A stretch of 64,000 nucleotides of DNA from Lepidodermella squamata. Taxonomy: Eukaryota; Animalia; Gastrotricha. The DNA lies in the NCBI GenBank assembly GCA_047495785.1, contig JBLDXI010000046.1, forward strand, positions 124,001-188,000, given 5' to 3'. The notes under the pieces were generated by a model. The model was given only the letters and a program-made list of their open reading frames with translations. It did no database searches and was not told the DNA's origin. Of this stretch, positions 21,828-32,100 are shown one piece after another (position 1 is the first letter of the stretch; each line of letters starts with the position of its first letter). The translations under genes were made by a program, and so were the position numbers.

Positions 21828-23949
21828 ATGAATTTACGTTTTACGCGGTCATTGATTACCCCGGCAATATACTGTTGCGTCACGTTACGCGGCCTTTTCG
21901 TAGCATTTAGCCCTAAAATCGAGCCAGTGATTCGAGAAATTCCTCTGCCTCCGATAAATTTTGAAAATTTAACAGCTGAATGCAGTTCTTTTTCGTCGAA
22001 ATTTACGTCTTGTACCAAGAAACCACAATGTCTCTACGGCCGAGACGCGTTAAGTCAATTTCCCTTTACAAATGCACCAAAATTTGACCCGAAAAAAGCT
22101 GCAGAGGCGGACGATCAAGAAGCGATAACAGAGCATATTCGATCGATATATTTTTCAAGGATTAGGCAAAAATTATCCTCGCTATCTTGCGGTAATTCGG
22201 CGTGTAGGCCGAAATTTCTGGTCTATACATGTACTGGTGGATGTTGCGGCTGGGGAGATCGGCTACGAGGGATAACAACCATGTTTTACGCCGCGCTTCT
22301 CACAGATTCAATTCTGCTAATCGACGCCAGGTATCCGTTGCCGCTTGATCAATTTTTCGTTATAAATACCGAACTTTACGGAGTTCATAACGATGTTTTG
22401 ATGGCGAAGCAGGAAGAGAACTGTTTGCTGGATCAACCCGACGCATTTCATTACGAGGTGAAGATGAACTCTGACGACAATTTTCGCGGTACAGTCGTCA
22501 GATTTTACCGGGATTATCTGCCTGATACGACTAAGGTTGGCGTCAAAGTTCAGACTAACACAATGGTTGGCGTAGGAGAGCTGTTGGCCCGTCGAGATCT
22601 GTTTGGAGAGCTAGGGAAGATTTATGGATTGCATGAGTACACCAATATACAGCTGGTTTCTGCCGCTGCTCGGATTTTAGTTGGAAAACCACAGCCAAGG
22701 CTGGAAGCTTTCGCTCAACAGGCGTGGCAGCGAATTTTCAATCAGCCGTATAACAAGTCAACCCCAAAAATTGGTAAGGCTAAGGGTTCATTTCTGAATA
22801 AAAAATGGTCACTTAGGACACTTGAGAACATCTATTTGAAAAATCAATTTGTTAATTCGCTATTTCTCCATTCCCACTCCAATAATTCTCGTTTTCTTGT
22901 CTGGAAATCGAATTTTAAAATCTAGAATTTAATTACGAAAGAAATTCCAGTTTGGAAAAATACTAATTGTGAAATCTTCTTAGCGAAAATCAACACCTAG
23001 CCATTTTATTCGGTTATTTAACTTGATATGGTTAGGGTTAGGTTTAGGGGTTACGGTGACAAAACAGCAACTGCGCAGAACAACAAACGCGACAAAACAG
23101 CAACTTTTTCAACTTGCGACAAAACAGCGAAAACTTAGTATGTAAAAGATGCATCGTGTTTCTGCTGTTATGTCGCAAGATGAAAATGTTGCTGTTTTGT
23201 CGCGTTTGCTGTTTTGGCTATTTGCTGTTATGACGGTCTGCGTTATGAGGTTATGAGGTTACGGCGACAAAACAGCAACTGCGCAGAACAGCAAGTTAGG
23301 GTTAGGGTTAGGTTAGGGTGAGTGGCTGGCTCTTAAAACGGGAGATTAGGAACTGGATGGAATAATTTTGGTACTGAATTCAATAGTTTTGTAATGATAT
23401 CACCATATCCTATGATCTCACTATAGGTATGTAAAATTATTCTACCTCAAAATTTTTAAAATCTTCCAAGGTATCCATTTACGAATCGACACATCTTACA
23501 GAGTATGGACAAGCCAACTTCACTGCATAATACCAGAACTTCGCCACATGATTACGAAATACAATTTGCGGAAGCCATTGATCTACATTGCAAATGACAA
23601 CCCTGAAGCCATAAGCAAGCTAATTAAAGCCCTGTGGGTGAACCATCGGATAAAGGCCTACCAACCTATCGACGACGTTCGTCACATCGACGGCATTATG
23701 ACTGATGAGGAGCCGTGGCGAAGCTGGAATACGACGAAGCGTTGGGAAATTGTTGCGGCGACTTATCGCGACTGGTTGTTCCTATCGCGAATGGACTATC
23801 TTATTGTGAGTAGGAGCGGATTTTCAGAATCAGCTGCTTACATGTCTCGCATCCCTACGCGCCGCTTTTTGTACAAGCACCGCGACGAATGCTTATTCGA
23901 TGACTTCAACTCAATTCCAAATTGGGAATTCCCCATCTCAGAAACCTAG
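21828..23949 (+). CDS. Alpha-2/alpha-6 superfamily fucosyltransferase-like protein (GT23/GT37/NodZ-type motifs); exons about 21828-22773 and 23471-23949, 5-prime end uncertain
   Basis: GWGDRLRG; splicing rebuilds motif I IGIHLR; motif II IYIANDN; motif III DWLFLSRMDYLIVSRSGFS. Confidence 0.75.
23030..23319. repeat. Palindromic MITE-like repeat built from GCGACAAAACAGCAA subunits, bracketed by GGTTAG(G) telomere-like hexamers
   Basis: Subunits run forward over about 23055-23135 and inverted over about 23160-23235. A 38-bp direct repeat at 23049 and 23257. A second partial copy lies at about 42325-43062. Confidence 0.7.
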
Positions 23950-24661
23950 CCAATAGACTTTTTCACTGACATTGAACAACAGGAGCACTAGAAATGAATA
24001 AAATGACGACCCAGAATCTTCTTTTCTCTCCGACCTTCCCCGCTTGAAGAAGTATCAGAGGCATCGATTTGTAAGCAAGTGAGCTTATCTGATACCGATT
24101 CTCACTACACTGTATAAACTGTAGTATATAGAAAATTCAGGCGATTTCCTAGCAAGAATCCTCTAACGCTGGAACGGCTCAAAAAAGTTAGAAATTTTGG
24201 GCAGCATTTTGTCAGAATTCGCCTCAAAACACCCCAGACCTTAGATAACACATTTTCTTGACAATCTAAGGGAAGCCACAAGAACAGCGAAAATCTCAAT
24301 TTTATTTGGGGTTTCAGATCGAAATTTCACTTCTCTACGGCTCCTAAATTCCTAAATTTTCTAAACTATCTTCAAACATTCATCTCCATTGTTTTGACCC
24401 ACTTTTAAGGCTTTCTCACGTCGGGTCGTAAGTTTGTACTAGAAAGCTTGCCAGAGTGACAAGGCAATCCTACTTATCACCGTGAAAGCTTTTAAAGTTT
24501 GTGCATTGTTTAATTCGCCCAATCTACGCGTAATGAAAAAATTAGCTTACGCTTCCCTGCGTCTAGACAAGCCATCTGAAAAAGCATGGTAATTTGGATT
24601 ATCCATCGCTTCCAACAATGCTGTCAAGGAATAAGCATATATCCCCCTTAACATTCGAACC

Positions 24662-26044
24662 ATGTTTACAAAAAGGCATTGCTCATTGGCGATAAGCTCT
24701 GCTTTCGTAGCTATCATGGCATTTTGCATGAAATATCCATACCTTGAAAAGCCAATTTGGACACGACGAGTGGAACCGAAATTAGTGAGTGCCTTCGCAA
24801 AATGCGACTCGCTTCACCAGAAATGGGAGATGAGCAATTTAGCGAGGAGCGCGTCATGCTTCTGCCGGCAACGAGCTCACCTTTACGCCAGCAATTCGCT
24901 AATGAAATTGGCAATGAAGGCTCAACCTTTGATTACGTCCATGCTCCATCAAACCGATATTCACGGCAATCACGCTATTTATATCACTTTGTTGCCTAGT
25001 CGGATAACAATCGATGGGACTGATTACGATACAGCTGATCACTACTTGAAATTAGCTTACCGAACGAAATGGCAGGTGACAGCGAGAAGGGCTGAACAAA
25101 TTGACTGCGAGGCAGTTTCTTCGACGCCTGAAACTAACACGAATTACGGGCCCATTATACTCAAATGTCCGATTCTAGGACAACATGTAACAGCAGTAGG
25201 AGACATCAGCATTTACAAGTCTGGCTCAACTTTTCTTTACAGCGGAGTTTTGTGTGAGCAGCCTCTTACTCTGCAGAAACCGACGTTGAATCTAGTGATG
25301 TGCACTATGGTGAATGGGTATCATAAATCGCGAATTCCGGAATGGATCGAGTATCACTTATTAATAGGATTCGAACATTTTACTATCTACGTCAATGACG
25401 CGAATGCTTTGGAATTTTACGAATTTTTGAAGTATTACCTCGTTAAAGGCGTGGTCACTTTGGTGCCCTACGATTTCCACCTTAATTTTACCGAATTTCA
25501 CTTTCAACACGCCCAGATTAACGAATGCTTTCATTTGTGGAAGGGTCGGGCGAAATGGGTTGGTTCGATTGACGTGGACGAGTTTTTCGAGGTCTTCGAC
25601 GGGAATTTCCTCGATACGGTGGAATCTATTTATTCCGAAAATCCTTTAGTTGGTGGAGTTGGATTTAACACCCAATTTCACGGAAGGACGACGAATGCTT
25701 CCGAGTCTTATATTGGAAATCACATGATATCTCACGTGGTTCGCGACTATACATTTTTACTATCCTTTGCCGAGTACTACACGAGGCAAAAGGTGTTGCT
25801 GAGGGCTGATAATGTCGTCTACAGCCTTGTGCATCAAGTACTTGAGGGTGGCGCGGTGAAATACTTGGACTCTTTTACAGAGGGCAGAATTGCGCATTTC
25901 AAAGACTTCTACGACAGGCCTCTCAACCCGCCAGACCACCGTAATCCAAACGTTCCAACGGTTCGCAAGCGCTATGGCGATGTTATCGAACAGAATCTTC
26001 AAAAATTTCTGCACTTTTTGGATCAACAGCTGAGAGCAGCGTAG
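24662..26044 (+). CDS. GT92 glycosyltransferase copy 3, intronless
   Basis: Signal anchor; EWIEYHLLIGFEHFTIY, QHAQINEC, WVGSIDVDEF. Confidence 0.85.
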   Translation: MFTKRHCSLAISSAFVAIMAFCMKYPYLEKPIWTRRVEPKLVSAFAKCDSLHQKWEMSNLARSASCFCRQRAHLYASNSLMKLAMKAQPLITSMLHQTDIHGNHAIYITLLPSRITIDGTDYDTADHYLKLAYRTKWQVTARRAEQIDCEAVSSTPETNTNYGPIILKCPILGQHVTAVGDISIYKSGSTFLYSGVLCEQPLTLQKPTLNLVMCTMVNGYHKSRIPEWIEYHLLIGFEHFTIYVNDANALEFYEFLKYYLVKGVVTLVPYDFHLNFTEFHFQHAQINECFHLWKGRAKWVGSIDVDEFFEVFDGNFLDTVESIYSENPLVGGVGFNTQFHGRTTNASESYIGNHMISHVVRDYTFLLSFAEYYTRQKVLLRADNVVYSLVHQVLEGGAVKYLDSFTEGRIAHFKDFYDRPLNPPDHRNPNVPTVRKRYGDVIEQNLQKFLHFLDQQLRAA

Positions 26045-26580
26045 CATCCGCACCTAGCTGAGCTTTCAATATCTCCTGCGTTTGGAGTGTCTCTCATTTT
26101 GTATTGATAATAAATGTAATGATGTATTGCTTTCGCTGAAGTCTTATGTCAAAATAGCAGTGGGCGTAGTAGGATTCTCGAACCTGCGAGCTGGTGTCTT
26201 CCCATATTGACTTTCAGAAGTCATAGTTATTGGCCGCTTATTGGCCGACACAACTAAACCATTGAACACCCGCATCGCCCACTTGCGGCCCAATTTCGGG
26301 CGCCCGCATTTCCAAGCAGATCTCAATCAGAGGATGAAACTTGAGAGAGCTCAGTGGTTTGAGTGGACTTTTGCTCAAAATCGTATTTTTCCGGGCTCTG
26401 CTCTGTAGCTTAGTTGTCGATTGTCGAAGCTTGGCAAAGCAACAAGGCAATCCTGCTAATCAGGCATATAAACGCCTCTGCGTTGTGTTCCATTTTCAAG
26501 TAAATAAAAAATAAGCGTGCGCGTCTAGACAATCTGTGTTCATCTCAAAATGAACGCATTTTCCAGTATGAATTCGCAAA

Positions 26581-27966
26581 ATGTTCTCAAAAAATCATTT
26601 CGCATTGGCGACAAGCTCTATTTGGGCTATAATCATCATATTTTGCACGAAATATCCGTACCTTGAAAAGCCAATTTGGACGCGACGGTTAGAGCCGAAA
26701 TTAGTTAGCGCCCTTGCAAAATGCGACTTGCTTCGCCAGAAATGGGACATGAACAACTTGACAAAGAGCGCGTCATGTTTCTGCCGACAACGGGCTCAAC
26801 TTTACGCCAGCAATTCGCTAATGAAATTAGCAATGAAGGCTCAACCTTTGATTACGACAATGCTCTATCAAACCGATATTCACGGCAATCACGCTATTTA
26901 TATCACTCTGCTACCCAGTCGAATAACGATTAACGGAACCCATTACGATGCAGCTGATCATTATATCAATTTGGCCTACCTAACGAAATGGCAGGTTACA
27001 ACCAGAAGCGCGGAAAAAATTCGCTGCGAGGCTGTTTCTTCGACGCCTGAAACCAATACGAATTACGGGCCTATAATACTAAAATGCCCGATTTCAGGAC
27101 AAGCTGCTGTAACAACACCACAAGATATTAGAATTTACAAGTCTGACTCTACATTCCTTTACAGTGGAGTTTTGTGTGAACAACCTTTGGTTGTGAAAAA
27201 ACCGACTATGAATCTTACGATGTGTACTATGGTTAATTGGTACCACAAATCCCGAATTCCAGAATGGTTGGAATATCACATGTTGATTGGATTTGAACAT
27301 TTCGCGATCTACGTGAACGATGTAGATTATCTGGATTTTTTCGAGTTTTTGAAATATTACCATGTAAGAGGCGTGGTTACTTTGGTGCCCTATGATTTCC
27401 ACCTTAATTTTACCGAATTTCACTTTCAACACGCCCAGATTAACGAATGTCTTCATTTGTGGAAGGGTCGAGCGAAATGGGTTGGCTCGATAGATTCCGA
27501 TGAGTTTTTCGAGGTTTTCGACGGGAATTTCTTGGACAAAATGGAGTCGGTATACGCCGAAAACCCTTTAATAGGTGCAGTAGGATTTTGGACGCAATTT
27601 CACGCGAGGACTACAAACGCCACGGAGGATCACATCGGGAAACACGTGATTTCTCATGTTGTTCGTGACTATACTTTTTTACAATCCTTCGCAGAGTACT
27701 ACACGCGGCAAAAGGGGCTGCTTAGGCTCGAAAATGTAGTCTACAATCAAATACATCAAACGCTCGAGGGTGGTGTGGTGAAATACTTGGATTCCTTCAC
27801 CGAGGGTCGAATTGCGCATTTCAAAGATTTCTACGATAGGCCTCTCAACCCGCCAGACCACCGTAATCCAAACATTCCAACGGTTCGCATGCGCTTTGGC
27901 GATGTTATCGAACAGAATCTTCAAAAATTTCTGCACTTTTTGGATCAACAGCTAAGAGCAGCGTAG
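26581..27966 (+). CDS. GT92 glycosyltransferase copy 4, tandem duplicate of copy 3
   Basis: Colinear and highly similar to 24662-26044; WVGSIDSDEF; upstream blocks ACAAGGCAATCCT and GCGTCTAGACAA are also duplicated. Confidence 0.85.
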   Translation: MFSKNHFALATSSIWAIIIIFCTKYPYLEKPIWTRRLEPKLVSALAKCDLLRQKWDMNNLTKSASCFCRQRAQLYASNSLMKLAMKAQPLITTMLYQTDIHGNHAIYITLLPSRITINGTHYDAADHYINLAYLTKWQVTTRSAEKIRCEAVSSTPETNTNYGPIILKCPISGQAAVTTPQDIRIYKSDSTFLYSGVLCEQPLVVKKPTMNLTMCTMVNWYHKSRIPEWLEYHMLIGFEHFAIYVNDVDYLDFFEFLKYYHVRGVVTLVPYDFHLNFTEFHFQHAQINECLHLWKGRAKWVGSIDSDEFFEVFDGNFLDKMESVYAENPLIGAVGFWTQFHARTTNATEDHIGKHVISHVVRDYTFLQSFAEYYTRQKGLLRLENVVYNQIHQTLEGGVVKYLDSFTEGRIAHFKDFYDRPLNPPDHRNPNIPTVRMRFGDVIEQNLQKFLHFLDQQLRAA

Positions 27967-28255
27967 CATCCACTTTCTCTGATAAGGTCACTTATTTTGT
28001 ATGGAAAATAAAGATGTTGATGTGTTGCTTTTGCTAGAGCCTTATAAGTTAATGAACCCAGGGTGCAAGTTATGAATCGTCACTTATTTGTAGACCCGAT
28101 GGCGTACTAAATATTGGATCGCTCATAAATTTCGGAAAAGACGAACGCAACTCAACGGCGCAATGCAAGAGGCTTGACCTTTCATTAAGGTGGAAGGATT
28201 AACCGCGTGATTATTAAATTACTGTTACTTTCATACTACGACAGCACGTGTCGCA

Positions 28256-29584
28256 ATGTCACTATCATGCTTGTCCATACTGCTGTCAATTATTTTCGTC
28301 CCATTTTTTATGATTAATTACGCAATTTTCTCAAATCGAAAATACGTAATGCCCAGGATGACCAAACACCTGGATCGCGTTCATTACATGCAAGCATTCA
28401 GAAATGGAGCTATGGACTGTAAAACAATGGAAATTATTCGAATATCCCACAAATATGATTACGACGATGACAAGTATCGCGAAATTCGCGACTCGATTAA
28501 ACCTGGATTCGATAAATCTTTGATTTGCGATAATTGCTTCAAACTCCCCGACGTAGACAAATACGGCTGGCCTCAACGGTGCGATGAAAGCGTCGAAATT
28601 TTCGTAGCTATCAAGTCTCCACCTCAAAATTTCAAGCAGCGATATGCGATCAGAAATTCTTGGTTGTTAAACCATTTGATAACCAGTCCGAAAAACCGAA
28701 TTCGCCACGCATTTTTCGTAGGCCTGCCGCCAGAAATTCGCGGGGAAAAGTCGAATTTTGCGCGACTTATTCGGCTGAAGCAATTTTGTGAATTATACAA
28801 CAGTTGCCGCTACAACGAGCCGGAATTTGCGGGGAAGACCAACATCAGCTCTGTCCATATGAAAAATTACTACGCCGCTGAGAGAAGTCGCGAAAATTAC
28901 GACAAATTCATCAAATCAACAGCTTATTACCGAAATTTGCCGTCGAAAAAGCTGTTTGATCTAATGTTGGGAGAAGCCGTCTCGAAAAACGACATGGTTT
29001 TGAATGAAAATTATGATGATTTTCCTGGGGATGCTCTGAATAAAAGTCTGTCATCTATGCTTTGGTCGCGGAAATTCTGCGGAAATTCGAGATTTGTTGT
29101 TCTCATGGATGACAATGTATTTCTGTTCCCCGATCGTTTGCGGTTGCTGTTGGATCGATTTTCAAATGAAAAGTTATTCATGGCTGGGAATAGAGTCAGC
29201 GGTGTCATTGACCATTTTTCCAAGCCATTTTACGTTATGGGGTCGGATGCTGTTGATTCATTACTTAGCGTCATTCCCAACCTTAATTTCGAGCTTTTAT
29301 CGAAGAATTCGACTGAAAATGTGATAATCACAGGATTTGCAAGGTCATTAGCTGGAATAGAAGATCGACACATTTGCCATTTTTCTGTTGGATCTCATGC
29401 ATGGCGGACAGTTCAGTACCATGAAATCGAGCCATGGGTTGTAGCAACATTGTCAAATCCAAAAAATTCGCTGTTCATCTCTCGGTCTATTTACAACCCG
29501 CATAGCCCGAAAAATGACCGGAGGAATCTGGAGCGAGCCCTTGCGACTAACTTGAGCCTTCCATTTTACCCTGAAATTCCTTAA
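28256..29584 (+). CDS. Divergent GT31-like protein, intronless (copy 4)
   Basis: Signal anchor; VAIKSPPQNFKQRYAIRNSW, FFVG, WSRKFC; KxDDD replaced by LMDDN and ED by EN; long insertion after FFVG. Confidence 0.75.
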   Translation: MSLSCLSILLSIIFVPFFMINYAIFSNRKYVMPRMTKHLDRVHYMQAFRNGAMDCKTMEIIRISHKYDYDDDKYREIRDSIKPGFDKSLICDNCFKLPDVDKYGWPQRCDESVEIFVAIKSPPQNFKQRYAIRNSWLLNHLITSPKNRIRHAFFVGLPPEIRGEKSNFARLIRLKQFCELYNSCRYNEPEFAGKTNISSVHMKNYYAAERSRENYDKFIKSTAYYRNLPSKKLFDLMLGEAVSKNDMVLNENYDDFPGDALNKSLSSMLWSRKFCGNSRFVVLMDDNVFLFPDRLRLLLDRFSNEKLFMAGNRVSGVIDHFSKPFYVMGSDAVDSLLSVIPNLNFELLSKNSTENVIITGFARSLAGIEDRHICHFSVGSHAWRTVQYHEIEPWVVATLSNPKNSLFISRSIYNPHSPKNDRRNLERALATNLSLPFYPEIP

Positions 29585-29918
29585 TTACTAGTATTTTTCA
29601 ATAAACGTGAATTGCTACCTTCGATTCGGCATTTTTTGTTCAATTTCAATTTCAAATTCCCAAAAGTAATAAGCTTTGGCGCGAGTTTCAAATTAAATTC
29701 ATATCAAAATGTTAATTCGGACACACCTCGTTGAACAGAAGTGGGAGAGGATTAGAAGCTCGTAATACTCCGCAGACACAATGTGACACGTGTGCGGAGC
29801 AGTTTCGTTATGTTAACAATAACAACAAATGGTTCCCTTGTTTGATGCTTTTTAAGGCCTTGAATTTATGGGAATCATCATCAGTTGAACCGCTTTGAAA
29901 ATCCTTCTTCTATAAATC

Positions 29919-30395
29919 ATGAAGTGCTTAGTGATTGCCTCGATCATTCTCGGCTGCGTCTCCCTAGCAACCGCCCATCGCGGCCTTGGTGGTTTGCTCG
30001 CCCAACTCAATCACCGGAACAACTCTGGCGGCGCTACTGCTGGCTCTGGCGGCATGCAGTTCAAGTACCAATACATCGGCAATCGGTTCAACTTCACAGC
30101 GGCTAACGCTCAATGTCGCACGCTCAATGGCATGCTGGCCGTGATTACGAGTTCGTCGCAGAATGAAGCCATCAACAAGGTCATTCAAGGCAACTGGGTT
30201 TGGATTGGCTTGTCGCGTAACAACTCAGCCTGGAAGTGGATCAACGGCCGGTCGATCAGTTCGACATCGTTTTCAGCCTGGGCGCCTGGCCAGCCGCAGA
30301 ATGCGGGATCGTCTGGGTGTGCCTACTACAGCAATCTTCAGTGGTACGATACTTATTGCAGCCGTGACATGTTCCCATTATGCCAAATACCGTGA
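29919..30395 (+). CDS. Secreted single-domain C-type lectin with Gly-rich N-terminus
   Basis: Signal peptide; A-x3-C, LAVI, WIGL, W-x-W, WAPGQP, WYD-x2-C, LCQ. Confidence 0.9.
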   Translation: MKCLVIASIILGCVSLATAHRGLGGLLAQLNHRNNSGGATAGSGGMQFKYQYIGNRFNFTAANAQCRTLNGMLAVITSSSQNEAINKVIQGNWVWIGLSRNNSAWKWINGRSISSTSFSAWAPGQPQNAGSSGCAYYSNLQWYDTYCSRDMFPLCQIP

Positions 30396-31470
30396 TTTTA
30401 CAGAAAAACATGCTATTACTAATGTTTTTGTTGCGACTTTGTTAAATAAAATTGCTCAACGATTTTGTATTTATGGTTTTTTTCGGTGTTCAGTTTCTTA
30501 TTAAGGAATACATTTTCCATAGATCTGGATTTTAAGCACTTTCGGCTTTGCGATGAAACGCAATGTCAAGAAAGATAACGTAGCGACTATATGGGGCGAA
30601 TTAATTAAATTTTGAAGCAAGAGAACCCTTTACGTTCAAGGCCTAAGTGCAAAGAACAATATTTAAGCTGGTATTGTGAAGTGGTTCAGCCTTTTTTAAG
30701 CTATGATCGCTCGAGAAAATGAAAACCAAGATCTCCAACAACCTTCTTTGCGCGCAATGTGATTGATGTTTTGTAACTAAACTTATAGTTAAAAATATTC
30801 CCTCATTTTTCGTTCAATTTTAGCTCTACACTTATTATCTGGAAATTGCCGTCAATAATTAATGGTTACTCATCGATGCTAATTAGCAGTAACAGTTAGA
30901 TCGGATTTGAAATGAAAAATGCTTGCACCATTCACAAAATTTGCTTAAAAGTGCACCAAACGCTCATAGTAAGGCATAAGCCATTATTTGACGCAGAAAA
31001 TTAAAATAGCAGCAGTAACAGGATATCAAATGAGGATATATGCGCAGTACTCCTTATACCTTATAGAAACGTACTTAGTTTGAACGATATTTAATTGCTA
31101 AGTAAGATTATTGCCACTGTAAAATGGACGCCCTGTAGTTTCAATTTTCAGATTTTGTTGACTGACGATTTCGGTGTCACTTTGAGTTTCGATCAGAAAA
31201 TTCAAAACAATACTGGGACATGTGCGAGCGAATGATCAGATGATTTTCATATTTGTCAAGTTCAAGTTTCAAGTTTAATTTCGCTGTTGAATGATTTGCG
31301 TAACATTGGTAAACATTGCGAACAGAAAAGTTTACCTTGTAGCAGCCAGCAGCTGAAATGACCAGAGGTGGTGACCAGAGTAACCCAATGAGATGCGCCA
31401 CAGGTTGAAATCAAAATTTCCATTGTTTACACACACAACCCCTGATGCAACTTTCTGATTCCGATAACTG

Positions 31471-31478
31471 TATATATA
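31471..31478 (+). promoter_or_regulatory. Putative TATA box of the second C-type lectin
   Basis: TATATATA about 80 bp upstream of ATG 31558; positional evidence only. Confidence 0.35.
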
Positions 31479-31557
31479 GGCCAAAGTTCAAATCACTCAT
31501 TTTAAGCAATCATTTCATATTCTCACTTCAATTTTTCGAAAGTTAACTCATTCAATA

Positions 31558-32100
31558 ATGAAGTTTCTGATTATTTTTGCCGTTGTTGCTACAACAGTTT
31601 CCGCGAACTGGTTTGGCGATCACTTTGGCGGAGGCCAGTTTGGTGGCGGTCATCATCACGGCGGCGGTCATCATCAATACCCAGGTGGCGGTGGTGGTAA
31701 CAATTTTCAAAATCAAGGCAATTACGGCAATTACGGCAATTACCAAGGCGGTGGCAATAATCAGTACAGGTACCAATACATCGCTAACCGCTTCAACTTC
31801 ACGGCCGCCATTACGCAATGCCGAACCCTGGGCGGATACCTGGCCGTCATCACTAATCCGTCACAGAACAGTGCTATCGGTTCAGTAGCTGGCAGCAACT
31901 GGGTTTGGATCGGCCTTTCGCACAACAACTCGGCCTGGCATTGGCTCAACGGTCACAGTTTGAACTCGAATTCGTTCACAGCTTGGGCGTCTGGTCAACC
32001 GAACAGCGGGACAGCATCTGGCTGTGCCTATTTCAACAACATGGAGTGGTATGACACGTATTGCAGCCGCGACATGTACCCGTTATGCCAGATTCCGTAA
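31558..32100 (+). CDS. Secreted C-type lectin paralog with G/H/N/Y/Q low-complexity N-terminus
   Basis: Signal peptide; GGGHHHGGGHH and GNYGNYGNY; CTL domain closely similar to the 29919 gene. Confidence 0.9.
   Translation: MKFLIIFAVVATTVSANWFGDHFGGGQFGGGHHHGGGHHQYPGGGGGNNFQNQGNYGNYGNYQGGGNNQYRYQYIANRFNFTAAITQCRTLGGYLAVITNPSQNSAIGSVAGSNWVWIGLSHNNSAWHWLNGHSLNSNSFTAWASGQPNSGTASGCAYFNNMEWYDTYCSRDMYPLCQIP

Noticed and set aside
23030-23319. Short repeated units resembling a CRISPR array or a true telomere
   Set aside because: Eukaryotic intron, units are inverted with no unique spacers and no cas genes; only a few hexamers, internal to a gene.
26160-26282. tRNA-like sequence on the minus strand (GTGGGCG...GGTTCGAGAATCC...CGCCCAC)
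   Set aside because: The ends pair and a B-box-like motif is present, but the T-loop is 9 nt, the spacing is wrong and no anticodon arm is evident. At most a decayed tRNA or SINE head; tRNAscan-SE would settle it.
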